From positions 1-39,786 of IMG/VR virus record IMGVR_UViG_3300037047_000007: a stretch of DNA of 39,786 nt; one strand, given 5' to 3'. The notes beneath the pieces are model-generated. The model did not search any database, had not been told where the DNA came from, and worked only from the letters and a program-made list of their open reading frames with translations. The stretch comes from a virus (taxonomy: Duplodnaviria; Caudoviricetes). Of the stretch, positions 8,877-17,774 are shown piece by piece. Both the position numbers and the translations under genes were made by a program. Numbering within the stretch: the stretch's first letter is position 1; each line of letters starts with the position of its first letter.

Positions 8877-9983
8877 TCACAGCCCCATGCTCTCCAGCCG
8901 CTGCGCCACGCGGTCGATGGGTGCGGCAGAGTTGGCCGCCGGCGTGCCCAGGGTGGCCGGGCGCGAACGGATCGGCTGCGGCGCGCTGGCCTGGCGCGGC
9001 ACCTGGATGTTGTCGTACATCATCTTGACCGTGGCGGCCCACTGCTCGGGCCGGTAGGTGCTCACGAAGGCCTGCAGGTTCGCCGGGTTCTTGAAGTGCT
9101 CGGTGATGACCTTCATGCGGGCCGGGTGGTCCACCTCGTTGGCGCGCGTCTGCAGGTAGGCTTCCATGGAGTGCGCGGCCTGCTGCACCTGCTGCTGGAA
9201 GGCCTGCTGCTCCTGCGCGCTTTGCTGCTGCACCTGCTGGCGCTGGGTCACTTCGGCCTGCTGCTTGCGGTACTTGGCCAGCTCCACCGCGCGCTCGCGG
9301 GTGATTTCCATGTTGTCCACCGCCTGCTTCAGGTCGTCGTGCCCCTTGAGCAGGTCCACACCCGGCGCTTCCACACCCAGCTTGGCGTACAGCATGGTGC
9401 GCTGGTTCTCCACCATCTCCAGCGCCACGCGCAGATTCTTCTCGTCGCCGCTGTTCATCAGGCGGCCGAACTCCAGCGTCTGCGCGAACTCCTGCGGACT
9501 CATGCCGGTTGACTTCACCAGCTCGCGGAACTCGGTGATGTCCTGCTCCAGCTGCTTTTTCTCGGCGAACACCTGCTTGATGCGCTCCTTGCCGCGCTCG
9601 GACTTCACGCCCTCCAGCAGCTCGGCCTCTTCCTGCTCGGGCGCCTTGGGCTCGGCCGGCTTGGCTGCGGCGGGCTCGGCAGGCTTCTCGCTCTCGGGCT
9701 TGGCCGCTGGCTTGGCCGCGTTGGGGTCGTCGGTCAACTCGTCCAGGAAGGCGGCCATCTTCGAGCCGGCAGGCTTCGCCTGGTCGTCGGCCGGCGCATC
9801 ACCGGCGGGCTGGTCGGCCGGCGCATCGTCCGCGGCGGCTTCGGTCGGGGCGGGCTCGGCCGGTGCATCGTTGCCGATCGCATCCATGGCGGCCTCGATC
9901 GCGCTGCCGCCACCCAGATCACCGCCGGCGTCGTCGGCCGGCTTCATCAGGCGGGAAAACAGGCGTTGCTTCCAGATTGGCAT
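8877..9983 (-). CDS. Putative capsid scaffolding protein (368 aa)
   Basis: ATG 9983 after AAAGGA; acidic Pro/Ala-rich N-terminus and Gln-rich coiled coil; lies between portal and capsid. Confidence 0.7.
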   Translation of the reverse strand: MPIWKQRLFSRLMKPADDAGGDLGGGSAIEAAMDAIGNDAPAEPAPTEAAADDAPADQPAGDAPADDQAKPAGSKMAAFLDELTDDPNAAKPAAKPESEKPAEPAAAKPAEPKAPEQEEAELLEGVKSERGKERIKQVFAEKKQLEQDITEFRELVKSTGMSPQEFAQTLEFGRLMNSGDEKNLRVALEMVENQRTMLYAKLGVEAPGVDLLKGHDDLKQAVDNMEITRERAVELAKYRKQQAEVTQRQQVQQQSAQEQQAFQQQVQQAAHSMEAYLQTRANEVDHPARMKVITEHFKNPANLQAFVSTYRPEQWAATVKMMYDNIQVPRQASAPQPIRSRPATLGTPAANSAAPIDRVAQRLESMGL

Positions 9984-10014
9984 GGTGGTTCCTTTGTCGT
10001 GGTTGGGGATTCGG

Positions 10015-11898
10015 TCACATGGCGGGCACAGCACCCGGCACAGGCATGGCCGGCATCGCAGGCGGCTGCGGCTTCTTCGGGATGAACTGGTCCGCCTCCA
10101 GGCGCTCGTCAAAGCGCTTGAGGGTTTCGCGCAGCAGGTTGATCAGCGGCTCGGCGTCCATGCCTTGGGACTGCACCTGCATGATCTGCGTGACCAGGCT
10201 TTGCACGATCGGCAGCACCTTGGTCCAGGCCTCTTGCTGCTCCAGCTTGTCCGGGGCGCCCGTGGTGCCGGCCCTGATATTCATTTCGATCATGTCGAAC
10301 ACTTCTTCGCGCGACAGCTCGGGCCAGTCGTAGGGCTTGATGGCCACTTCCATGGGCATGCCGCCGGTCTGGATCACCTGGGTTTCCGGCGGGCCCATGA
10401 TCCGCTCGACCTGGGGCGGCGTCAGTTCGAACAGCAGAATCTGCGCGGCGTACTGGGCCAGCTCCTGAAGCCAGTCCTCCACCTGATCACGGAACTCGCT
10501 CACGCGGCCGCTCAGAGACTGCTGCATGATGCTGGCCTCGGTCGCGGTCTTGGGCTTGACCACGCTCGAACGTGCAGCGTCCTGCAGGCCAGTGACCTGC
10601 TCCCAGTCGTAGCGCACCGCGCTGGTGTCGTACACCGCCGGGTCAATCGGCGGGTGCTGGCGCGGCACGATCACCTGCTGCAGCGGCTTGCCCTCGGTGT
10701 CGATGATCGTGATTTCGCCCAGCTCGCTGTCGCTGTAGCGCTTGATGGACTTCTCGCTGATGTCGCCGCCGGCGATCCACCCCGGCAGGCACAGATCGCG
10801 GTGCTCGTTGAAGCGATCGCGCGCCCCGTTGTGCTCGTCCTGCAGCTTCTCGGTCAGGTCCACCAGCGACGGCGCGACAAACTGGCCGTCCACCACCTGG
10901 AATGGCAGCAGGAAGAACGGATACCAGCGCTCGCCGGCCTTGGGTGGGCTGTAGGGCTCGCGCAACCAGTAGTCGCAGCCCTCGGCCATGGTGTAGACGC
11001 GCTGGGTGTTCTTGTCCCAGATTTCCAGAATGGCGATCTGGCGGTCCTCGTCCAGGCTGGCCGATGCGCTGGCAAAGCGGCCGTCCTTGGCGGTGTTGGC
11101 CTGGATGCCGTCGTGGTACGCCCGGGCCTTGTCCAGCTTCTTGCCGTAGGTGGCCTCTGCCTGGCTCTTCTTCATGGGGATGATCTGGCACAGCCAGTCG
11201 GCGTCCCGGTAGTCCCAGAACTCGCACACGCCCGGGTCGATCAGCAGGTTGTCGGTCAGCACCCGGTCGATCACCAGACCCTCGGCCGCCGTTACTTCCA
11301 CCTGCTCGTTGAGCGCGTGCATCAGCTGGTCCAGCTCGGCGCGCTTGGCCTCCAGATCGCCGCGCTGGTCCGGGTCCTGGATGTCCGACAGCAGGCGCTC
11401 GACCTCCAGGATGTTGTCCTGGGTGTCGTTGATCCGCGCGCTGATGATCGGGTCGCGCTTGATGTCGCGCTGGTACATGACCTTGACGATGCCGTAGCTC
11501 GATGTCAGGGCGCTGCGCACCGATGCCTTGGCGCGGCCTTTCAGATCGGCGCGCTCCAGGTGGCGGTTGGTGACGGTCTCCAGCGTCTTGCAGAACAGCT
11601 TGAGGTTGTCGGCCTTGTACAGCGGCACCGCGCTGATCTCCGGGTTGCGCGCGTAGATCGCCGGCAGCACCGCCGTGATGGTCCCCTGGATCAGGTTGGC
11701 GCGCAGCTTGTAGAAGTCCTTGGTCTTCGGGTCGCCGCCCCAGTTGAAGCCGGCCACGGTCTGCCGGTTGTGGCGCACCCGATTGTGGAACTTGTCCCAG
11801 TGCTGGCGCGCATGCGCGATGCGATGCCCCCACTTCTTGGCCAGGTCGTCGGACTCGGGCGTTTCGCGGGCGGCGTCGGTGGGCGTAGAAATGTCCAT
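10015..11898 (-). CDS. Portal protein
   Basis: 627 aa directly after terminase; KTATEASI motif typical of P22-like podoviral portals. Confidence 0.85.
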   Translation of the reverse strand: MDISTPTDAARETPESDDLAKKWGHRIAHARQHWDKFHNRVRHNRQTVAGFNWGGDPKTKDFYKLRANLIQGTITAVLPAIYARNPEISAVPLYKADNLKLFCKTLETVTNRHLERADLKGRAKASVRSALTSSYGIVKVMYQRDIKRDPIISARINDTQDNILEVERLLSDIQDPDQRGDLEAKRAELDQLMHALNEQVEVTAAEGLVIDRVLTDNLLIDPGVCEFWDYRDADWLCQIIPMKKSQAEATYGKKLDKARAYHDGIQANTAKDGRFASASASLDEDRQIAILEIWDKNTQRVYTMAEGCDYWLREPYSPPKAGERWYPFFLLPFQVVDGQFVAPSLVDLTEKLQDEHNGARDRFNEHRDLCLPGWIAGGDISEKSIKRYSDSELGEITIIDTEGKPLQQVIVPRQHPPIDPAVYDTSAVRYDWEQVTGLQDAARSSVVKPKTATEASIMQQSLSGRVSEFRDQVEDWLQELAQYAAQILLFELTPPQVERIMGPPETQVIQTGGMPMEVAIKPYDWPELSREEVFDMIEMNIRAGTTGAPDKLEQQEAWTKVLPIVQSLVTQIMQVQSQGMDAEPLINLLRETLKRFDERLEADQFIPKKPQPPAMPAMPVPGAVPAM

Positions 11899-11901
11899 GG
11901 G

Positions 11902-13287
11902 TCAGACTCGCATCGTGTAGGTGTCGTTGTCGTGTTTGTATGTCGGCTCTTCGGGGTCGCCGGACATTTGTTCGGCGTCCGGGTTGCGCCGGCGGCGCAT
12001 GACCCCGTAGCGGGTGGCGTCCCAGGCGTGGTCTTCAGCGTCCGTGTCCACGTCTTCCGGGTTGTCGTCCGATGGCGGCAGACTGGGCACGGTGCGCAGC
12101 CAGTGCTTGCAGGTGGAAAACACCTTCAGCCGGCCTTCACTCAGCAGCCGGATGACTTCCTGCGCACCGTTGACCCGTGAGCCCTTGGCGTTCCAGGCCT
12201 CCTGCCACTTCACCCCGCCCTCGCGGAAGATTTGCCCGATCGAGCGGTCCGCGCCGATCTTGCTGAAGATGGCCGGGTCGGCCAGGTTCAGGCGGTACTC
12301 GTAGCCCAGGCGCTCGTCGTGTTCCTCGATGTTGCGCACCTTGCGGGCCACCTTGGTGGCGTCCTCGCGGCTGCCCTCGTTGGGTTTTTCGCCGGCGCCG
12401 TACAGCTCGCGCCAGATGTAGTGCACGCCGTCCGGGTCCATGGCGAACCACAGCACGGCATACGGCCGGGCATAGCCCCAGTCCATCGCCTTCCAAACCT
12501 TCCAGTGGCTCGGGATGGCGAAGGGCTCGACCACATGCTTCTTGGCGTCCCACACCCCTTCCAGGAAGCTGCCCACATGGATGTCCCAGTCGCCTTCCAG
12601 CCAAGCCTTGCGCCGGTTGGGGTCCTTCAGGCTTTCCAGCGTGGCCAGGTAGTCCGGGTCGTTGGCCAGCAGAATCTTGTTTTCGTAGATCGTGGAGCGG
12701 ATCGCCACCCGGGGCTTCTCGCCGTCCTCGCGGATGACGTGGCCCGATGGCACGCCGCCCTGCCCCAGGCGGAAACGCTCCTTCACCGGGCCATGGCCCT
12801 TGCCGAACGGGTTGCAGGTGGCGCGCACCATGCGCGGCATGCCGGGGAACGATGACCGGCAGGTGGAGTGCATGGCCTCGTAAAACTGCAGGTCGCGCCA
12901 GTTGGTCAGCTCTTCAAAGCCAAGCCATGGGTATTCGTGGCCGTGGTAGTTCCAGTAGTCGTCCTCGCTCGCGCCGTACCGGAAGAACAGCATTTCACCG
13001 GTCGGCCACTCCCAGTAGTAGTCGGCCTTGTTGAACTTGGCTTCTGGGAAGAACTGGGTGAACCAGCGGCGGCTCTTGGCCACCACGTCGGCCAGCTGCG
13101 GGTAGGTCAGGCGGAACAGCACGCCACGCCAGTGCTGGCCGTAGCCTTTGCCGGTGTGCTGCGCGAAGGACATCAGCAGCGTGTCGGTCTTGCCACCGCC
13201 ACGGGTGCCGTGCATCAGTGCCTCGTAGATCGGGCACGTGAGGAACTGGAACTGCGCGCCAGGCAGTGGGGCCCAGCGCACCGTCAC
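11902..13287 (-). CDS. terL: Terminase large subunit
   Basis: Walker A GTRGGGKT, Walker B LGFEE, ATCNP motif, nuclease MDWG...DHAWDATRY. Confidence 0.95.
   Translation of the reverse strand: MTVRWAPLPGAQFQFLTCPIYEALMHGTRGGGKTDTLLMSFAQHTGKGYGQHWRGVLFRLTYPQLADVVAKSRRWFTQFFPEAKFNKADYYWEWPTGEMLFFRYGASEDDYWNYHGHEYPWLGFEELTNWRDLQFYEAMHSTCRSSFPGMPRMVRATCNPFGKGHGPVKERFRLGQGGVPSGHVIREDGEKPRVAIRSTIYENKILLANDPDYLATLESLKDPNRRKAWLEGDWDIHVGSFLEGVWDAKKHVVEPFAIPSHWKVWKAMDWGYARPYAVLWFAMDPDGVHYIWRELYGAGEKPNEGSREDATKVARKVRNIEEHDERLGYEYRLNLADPAIFSKIGADRSIGQIFREGGVKWQEAWNAKGSRVNGAQEVIRLLSEGRLKVFSTCKHWLRTVPSLPPSDDNPEDVDTDAEDHAWDATRYGVMRRRRNPDAEQMSGDPEEPTYKHDNDTYTMRV
11935..11971 (-). promoter_or_regulatory. Putative late promoter (portal), variant: ACAAATGT-CCGGCG-N17-TACAAA
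   Basis: Variant copy inside the terL 3' end, ~40-70 bp upstream of the portal ATG. Confidence 0.45.
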
Positions 13288-13862
13288 GCATCGCCCCCTT
13301 GCTTGGCCATCATCCGCTCCCAGTCGCTTTCATTCATGGCGCCAGGCACCACCAGCACGCCCTTGGGCGCCTCGGTCTCCGGTGGGCGGTTGACCTCCTT
13401 CACGGTCTCGCGGTTCGCATTCAGCAGGTTCACCGCGATCGCAGAGGAATCGTTGGCCAGCTTGGTCAGCACGCTCACGCCCTTCAGGGCTTCCATCGAG
13501 CGCAGCGGGTCGGCGTCGTCCACCTTCCCCACCTCGGCATTGGCCAGGGCATGCAACCGGTGAGCGGTCTTGGCGCCCAGCTCGGCGGCGTTGGCCAGGC
13601 TGGTGCTGATGGCGCGCAGCTTCTCGGCCAGGCTCACGGCGGCGTACTGCTGCGGCACCGGCAGCTCGGCCAGCGCCGCCTGTGCTTCGGCCAGTTTGTG
13701 AGCAGTTTCTGAAACCTTTTTAGAAACTTTGGAAACCCGCACTGACACCGATGCCGGGCTGATACCGAATTCTCGGGCCAGTGCTGATGCGCTCTCCCCT
13801 CCGGCCAGCCGGCGCTCGATGTCTGCCCACTGCTCAGGGCTCAACTTGCTCGGGCGGGCCAT
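13284..13862 (-). CDS. terS: Terminase small subunit (N-terminal HTH)
   Basis: MARPSKLSPEQW...ASALAREFGIS HTH; C-terminal GVLVVP; overlaps the terL start. Confidence 0.8.
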   Translation of the reverse strand: MARPSKLSPEQWADIERRLAGGESASALAREFGISPASVSVRVSKVSKKVSETAHKLAEAQAALAELPVPQQYAAVSLAEKLRAISTSLANAAELGAKTAHRLHALANAEVGKVDDADPLRSMEALKGVSVLTKLANDSSAIAVNLLNANRETVKEVNRPPETEAPKGVLVVPGAMNESDWERMMAKQGGDA

Positions 13863-14011
13863 CAGTGCGCACCCTCCGGCTTTGGCTTCACCGGCGCCTC
13901 AACGGTCTTGAACCGGTGGCCGTTCGCACACAAGCGCAGGCGGGTGTAGCCGCTTTTCAGCAGCCGGCTGTCCTTCACCTCCGTCCAGGCGCCACAGGTC
14001 GGGCACTTCAT
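13862..14011 (-). CDS. 49-aa NrdR-N/Ogr-Delta-like zinc-ribbon protein (not in ORF track); candidate late activator
   Basis: MKCPTCGAWTEVKDSRLLKSGYTRLRLCANGHRFKTVEAPVKPKPEGAH; ATGA and TGATG overlaps with both neighbours; GGAGG RBS. Confidence 0.75.
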   Translation of the reverse strand: MKCPTCGAWTEVKDSRLLKSGYTRLRLCANGHRFKTVEAPVKPKPEGAH

Positions 14012-14346
14012 GCCGCCACCTCCACCCGCACGAATCCGCCGATGCCATCGCCCTTCTGGATCGTCAGGCTCCAGTGCTTGTCGTCCACGCGCAGCACGTC
14101 AGCCAGCCCATCCAGCCCTGCTTTCATGCGGGCCAGCGCGTTGTCCAGGTCGTAGGCCCGGCGCGTCGGTGCGTGGAAGGTCAGGCTCAGGTGCAGCTTG
14201 TCGGCCTGCAGTGGCTTGGCGCCCTGCTCTCTGGCTGTCCAGGCGCAGGCCTCGCGGTACTGCTTCTTCAGCTTGGCGGTCTTCGCCCAGTGGTGGCGCG
14301 CGTTCGGGCTCAGGCCAGCGGGTGGCCACGGCAAAGTCAGGATCAT
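14008..14346 (-). CDS. rusA: RusA-family Holliday junction resolvase
   Basis: LPWPP..SPN, YDLDN...KAGLDGL...DD motifs. Confidence 0.85.
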   Translation of the reverse strand: MILTLPWPPAGLSPNARHHWAKTAKLKKQYREACAWTAREQGAKPLQADKLHLSLTFHAPTRRAYDLDNALARMKAGLDGLADVLRVDDKHWSLTIQKGDGIGGFVRVEVAA

Positions 14347-14579
14347 AGTGCTTCGATTTTTGGCGCCGGTTCCTTGTCCGGCGGACATTTGGTCAACAGG
14401 TGGGGCTGCAGCGTCACCAGGTTGTGGCGGGTGCCACCGTCCAGCTGCACGGTCACGCGCAGGAAGTGGTCCAGCTTCGATTCGGCGCCCCGGTGCTTGA
14501 TCACCGTGCCGGCGCGTCCGGTCGGCGTCATCACGCGGCAGCCAGGCGGGAAGTCCTCGACATCGACATCCCGCCTCAT
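14343..14579 (-). CDS. Small KOW/SH3-like hypothetical protein (78 aa)
   Basis: ATG 14579 overlaps the previous stop; PGCRVMTPTGRAGTV. Confidence 0.55.
   Translation of the reverse strand: MRRDVDVEDFPPGCRVMTPTGRAGTVIKHRGAESKLDHFLRVTVQLDGGTRHNLVTLQPHLLTKCPPDKEPAPKIEAL
14356..14392 (-). promoter_or_regulatory. Putative late promoter (rusA/Zn-ribbon/terminase): CCAAATGT-CCGCCG-N17-AAAAAT
   Basis: Spacing-conserved copy; predicted +1 lies a few nt before the rusA ATG. Confidence 0.6.
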
Positions 14580-14833
14580 GCCATGAGCCTCCTGATCGTC
14601 ACGTCCAGCGCGGCCAGCTCGTTCATGCGCATCACGTTCCACATGGCCCGGCGGCCGTGGATGCCGTTGTGGCTGCCCTGGTGGCAGTCCTTGCACAGGG
14701 CCACCACGCAGAACTGCAGGCCCTGCTCGATGTGGTGGGCGTCACTGGGCCCGGGCGCATCGCACACGCTGCAGTTCAGCTCCTTCACCCGCTGGATGTG
14801 GGCGCGCTCCTTGGCGCTCAGCTTGTTGTTCAC
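14576..14833 (-). CDS. Ref/DUF968-like HNH zinc-binding protein
   Basis: CSVC...DAHH...LCKDCH motifs; nin-region position. Confidence 0.7.
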   Translation of the reverse strand: MNNKLSAKERAHIQRVKELNCSVCDAPGPSDAHHIEQGLQFCVVALCKDCHQGSHNGIHGRRAMWNVMRMNELAALDVTIRRLMA

Positions 14834-15279
14834 CGGTGAATCTCCCCGGTCTCAGGGTCCACATACCCCGTGGCCACGCCGTTCTCGGCGGCCCAGGCCA
14901 GCACGAACTCGATCAACTCCGCGCACTCGGCCTTGGTCAGCTGGCTGGTGCGGCGGAACACGATGTCAACCCCGTGGCCGTCCAGCGCGGGCAGCATTTC
15001 GATGTGCTCGCCGCGCGCGCGGGTCCATGCGGCGGTCAGCAGGCGCTTCCAGGTCTCCACGTCGCGCTTCTTGCCGGCCCACTCCACCTGCTTGCTGATC
15101 TGGGTCAGCAGCGCATGGAGCATGGCGTTCTCGGCCAGGCTTCGCGTTTCCTCCCGGGCTTCGATCACCATGCGGCGACCTGCCATCAGGTGGGCCTTGA
15201 CCAGCGGCCACACCTGGGTGGTGAGCGCCTTGTGGGCCTGCACCGGCTCCCAGCATCGGACCATGGTGCGGTCGGTCAT
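14830..15279 (-). CDS. ninB: NinB/Orf-family recombination protein
   Basis: RSLAENAMLHALLTQIS..W...WK...TSQLTKAECAELIE signature. Confidence 0.85.
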   Translation of the reverse strand: MTDRTMVRCWEPVQAHKALTTQVWPLVKAHLMAGRRMVIEAREETRSLAENAMLHALLTQISKQVEWAGKKRDVETWKRLLTAAWTRARGEHIEMLPALDGHGVDIVFRRTSQLTKAECAELIEFVLAWAAENGVATGYVDPETGEIHR

Positions 15280-15488
15280 GCGTCCACCTCGTCAAACAGG
15301 TCGTCTGTCTGCGGTTGCTGGGGCTTGGGCAGCTTCCGGCGCAGCACCGGCAGCACCAGCCCGCTCTTGCGCTGGGCCAGCGGCATCAGGCCGGCGCGCT
15401 GCGCGCACTTGGGCCCGACTGGGTGGTTTCCGATCATCACGGCCGCCTGGTCCATGCCGCGGCCGCACAGGGCGCAGTACAACTTCAC
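15276..15488 (-). CDS. Small Zn-finger hypothetical protein
   Basis: CALCGR...GPKCA; overlapping start/stop with neighbours. Confidence 0.65.
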   Translation of the reverse strand: MKLYCALCGRGMDQAAVMIGNHPVGPKCAQRAGLMPLAQRKSGLVLPVLRRKLPKPQQPQTDDLFDEVDA

Positions 15489-15592
15489 GCCATCACCCTC
15501 TCAACAGCGGCGACAACCGACGCAATCACCCACCACCAGAACGCGATGCACGCGGCCAGTGCGACGATCCAGAAAACACCGCGCCCGGTCAT
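15485..15592 (-). CDS. 35-aa single-TM peptide (not in ORF track)
   Basis: MTGRGVFWIVALAACIAFWWWVIASVVAAVERVMA; ATGA and GTGA overlaps at the ends. Confidence 0.55.
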   Translation of the reverse strand: MTGRGVFWIVALAACIAFWWWVIASVVAAVERVMA

Positions 15593-15765
15593 GCCAGCGC
15601 CCCCAGCAGCCCATCGAACGGGCCCGCACGGCGCAGGCCGGGCCTGAAGATGCCCCACGAACCAGCGGGACGAACCACCTGGCGCACCGGGTAGTCGTCC
15701 AGCACATCGTCCGGGTCTTCCACCAGCCCGATGTGCACGGCCACAGCCACCTCGTCCCAGCTCAA
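15589..15765 (-). CDS. Hypothetical protein (58 aa)
   Basis: TTGA overlap with the upstream stop and ATGA overlap downstream; GGAG upstream. Confidence 0.45.
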   Translation of the reverse strand: MSWDEVAVAVHIGLVEDPDDVLDDYPVRQVVRPAGSWGIFRPGLRRAGPFDGLLGALA

Positions 15766-15992
15766 TGGGGTCTCTCCGGGCTCGGGCTTTCGCACGCCGA
15801 TGGCGCGGCCTGGCCAGTCATGGCGGCGGTCAGTGCTGCGGCGATCCCGGCATACAGCCCCGACCGTTCCGCCTCCAGCTCCTGCGCCCGCGCCCAGGCG
15901 TAGCGCTTCCAGCCCGGCGTCTTGGCCAGCGCGATCAGGTGATCCAGCTGCGCCCGGTACTCCGCTTTGCGGTCGAATCCCGTGCATGTCAC
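15762..15992 (-). CDS. Hypothetical protein (76 aa)
   Basis: GTG with GGAGG, overlapping the upstream stop. Confidence 0.55.
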   Translation of the reverse strand: MTCTGFDRKAEYRAQLDHLIALAKTPGWKRYAWARAQELEAERSGLYAGIAAALTAAMTGQAAPSACESPSPERPH

Positions 15993-16633
15993 GCCTCCGA
16001 ACCGATCAGCTGCGTGCCGACGGCATCCAGCACGCTGAAGGCGATGCGGGTCTTGCCGCCGACCTGACCGCCCGCAAACACCAGGCGCGCACGCTCTGTG
16101 TCACCAACCAGCGCCGGCTTCGGCAGCGGCAGCCCCCTGCGTGCATAAGCCTCGTCCGGGCTGCGGTCGCCGATCAGGCGCCTCGGGTAGTCGAACTGGC
16201 CCCGTGCGGTGTATGCCCGGTGCGCTTCGCAGAAGCGGTGCTGCAGGTAGCCCAGGTCTTTGGTCTCGCCACGGCAGATCTTCGGCCAGCCGCCAAGGTC
16301 CTCGATCACGGCATGGATGGCCGGATCGTCAAACACCACATCGGTGTAGGCGCCCACGCGCTGGATGGCCTCCAGCACCTTGCCCCAGGCCATCATGGCG
16401 CGGTCAGTTGCGGTGCCTTCGAGCTGGCGCACCAGATCGGCGGGCTTCGGCGCGAACTGGCCGCGCTCGGGGTCCATGGCGTGCGCGGTCAGGGCCTTGC
16501 TGACCTGCTCCAGGTCGAAGCGCTGGCAGGCCTGCCACCAAACGGTCAGAGCAAACGGGCTCACGTCCTGGCGGTAGAACGCCATCACGTCGCGCAAGAG
16601 CTGGCCGAACTCGGCCTTTTGTTCGGGTTTCAT
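15989..16633 (-). CDS. Replication accessory protein (DUF6475-like, lambda P position)
   Basis: MKPEQKAEF...FAPKPADL...FDDPAIHAVIEDLGGW; coupled to the initiator gene. Confidence 0.7.
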   Translation of the reverse strand: MKPEQKAEFGQLLRDVMAFYRQDVSPFALTVWWQACQRFDLEQVSKALTAHAMDPERGQFAPKPADLVRQLEGTATDRAMMAWGKVLEAIQRVGAYTDVVFDDPAIHAVIEDLGGWPKICRGETKDLGYLQHRFCEAHRAYTARGQFDYPRRLIGDRSPDEAYARRGLPLPKPALVGDTERARLVFAGGQVGGKTRIAFSVLDAVGTQLIGSEA

Positions 16634-17490
16634 CAGGTCACTCCTTCCTTTGCCAGCCATTCGTCCACTGCAGCCTGGTTGCGCTGCTCGATGGCTTCCT
16701 GACGGTTGACCGCACCACGCACACCGGTGCGCGGGCGCTCGGCGGTAAATTGCTGTTCGCGGCGCATCCAGTTGCGCCAGGCGCCGGCCCAGTCGGTGAT
16801 GGCGGTCTTGAACGTGTGATCGCGGAACGTCGCCGTGGCCTTGTCCAGGTTGACCAACGGCGCGTTGGTGGTGGCCCATGCCTGCATGGCAGGCGTGACC
16901 TCGAAGGACTCGGGGCACTTGCGGGCAGGGCGCGACTTCGGCGCGCTCTCACCCACTACGTCAGTAGTGGGTATCTCTTCTCTTCTCTTCTCTTCTCTGC
17001 GGTTACTCGTTACGTCACTTGTTACGTCACTCGTTACGTCACTTCCATGTGACTTTTTGCGCTCGCGGTACTCCTTCTGGCGCTGGGCGGCGGTCTTTGC
17101 CCCGGCGCTGCGAGCTTGGCTAGAGGTGTTGTATTCATTGAAGTTTGGGAGCGTGACAGTGCATGCCTGCTCGTCATAAACAGCCCACCCAACAGCCACC
17201 ATGGCGGCGCCAAACCCGGGGATGCCGGCCATGTCGTCGATGTCCGACAGGTCGGCGTTTTGGAACACACCGTCACGCGTGTGTTCGTTGGCAGAGCCCC
17301 AGACGGATAACAGCGCCGTCACCGTTACGTAACGCATAACGTTACGCGTGACGATTTCGCTCATGGCTCCACTGAAGCCAGTGGACAGTGATCGACTGAC
17401 GGCGCGATCCGACTCCAGGATGCGCGCTATGCCGTTCACGCGCGGGCTCGTCAGCAACGACGGCCGCATCTTGATCCAGTCGCCAGCCAT
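16633..17490 (-). CDS. Replication initiator (O-like)
   Basis: MAGDWIKMR N-terminus, internal iterons, REEKRREE linker, DWAGAWRNW C-terminal domain. Confidence 0.85.
   Translation of the reverse strand: MAGDWIKMRPSLLTSPRVNGIARILESDRAVSRSLSTGFSGAMSEIVTRNVMRYVTVTALLSVWGSANEHTRDGVFQNADLSDIDDMAGIPGFGAAMVAVGWAVYDEQACTVTLPNFNEYNTSSQARSAGAKTAAQRQKEYRERKKSHGSDVTSDVTSDVTSNRREEKRREEIPTTDVVGESAPKSRPARKCPESFEVTPAMQAWATTNAPLVNLDKATATFRDHTFKTAITDWAGAWRNWMRREQQFTAERPRTGVRGAVNRQEAIEQRNQAAVDEWLAKEGVT
16976..17044. repeat. Putative replication origin: three tandem 12-bp iterons GTTACGTCACTY plus a CTTCT tract
   Basis: Units at 17009, 17021 and 17033 inside the initiator gene; extra GTTACG/GTAACG motifs at ~17320-17352. 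Confidence 0.75.
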
Positions 17491-17493
17491 GGA

Positions 17494-17694
17494 TCAGACG
17501 CTTTCTGTCTGGACCTTGCGGCGTCTCTGCCGTTGCATCCTGGTTTGCGCGGCAATCACCCGATCCGCGATCCGGGGAGAAAGCACCTCCGGCCACTTGT
17601 TCACGGCCTGCACCGTGCATCCGATTGCTTGGGCTGCGCTGCGAGCTGTGCCGCCCAGCAGCTCAATGGCTTTGTGTTTTGTCAATGTGTCCAT
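17494..17694 (-). CDS. cro: Cro-like repressor
   Basis: 66-aa HTH (AAQAIGCTVQAVNKW), divergent from cI. Confidence 0.85.
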   Translation of the reverse strand: MDTLTKHKAIELLGGTARSAAQAIGCTVQAVNKWPEVLSPRIADRVIAAQTRMQRQRRRKVQTESV

Positions 17695-17701
17695 GCGCTT
17701 G

Positions 17702-17774
17702 ATTAAACCATAGTTCAGGCGTAAAAGCAACTATTGTTCAGTCAAGGCCAGATAGGATCGACAACCATGGTTGA
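17702..17774. promoter_or_regulatory. OR region: three 14-bp operators and PR (minus strand TTGCTT-N17-TTTAAT)
   Basis: TAAACCATAGTTCA 17704, GCAACTATTGTTCA 17727, ACAACCATGGTTGA 17761; same motif occurs at OL. Confidence 0.8.

Noticed and set aside
9166-12180. 1004-aa plus-strand ORF (also 27748-30426, 31792-35529, 22124-23434 and similar)
   Set aside because: Antisense shadows of real genes caused by GC-rich codon bias; no motifs or RBS
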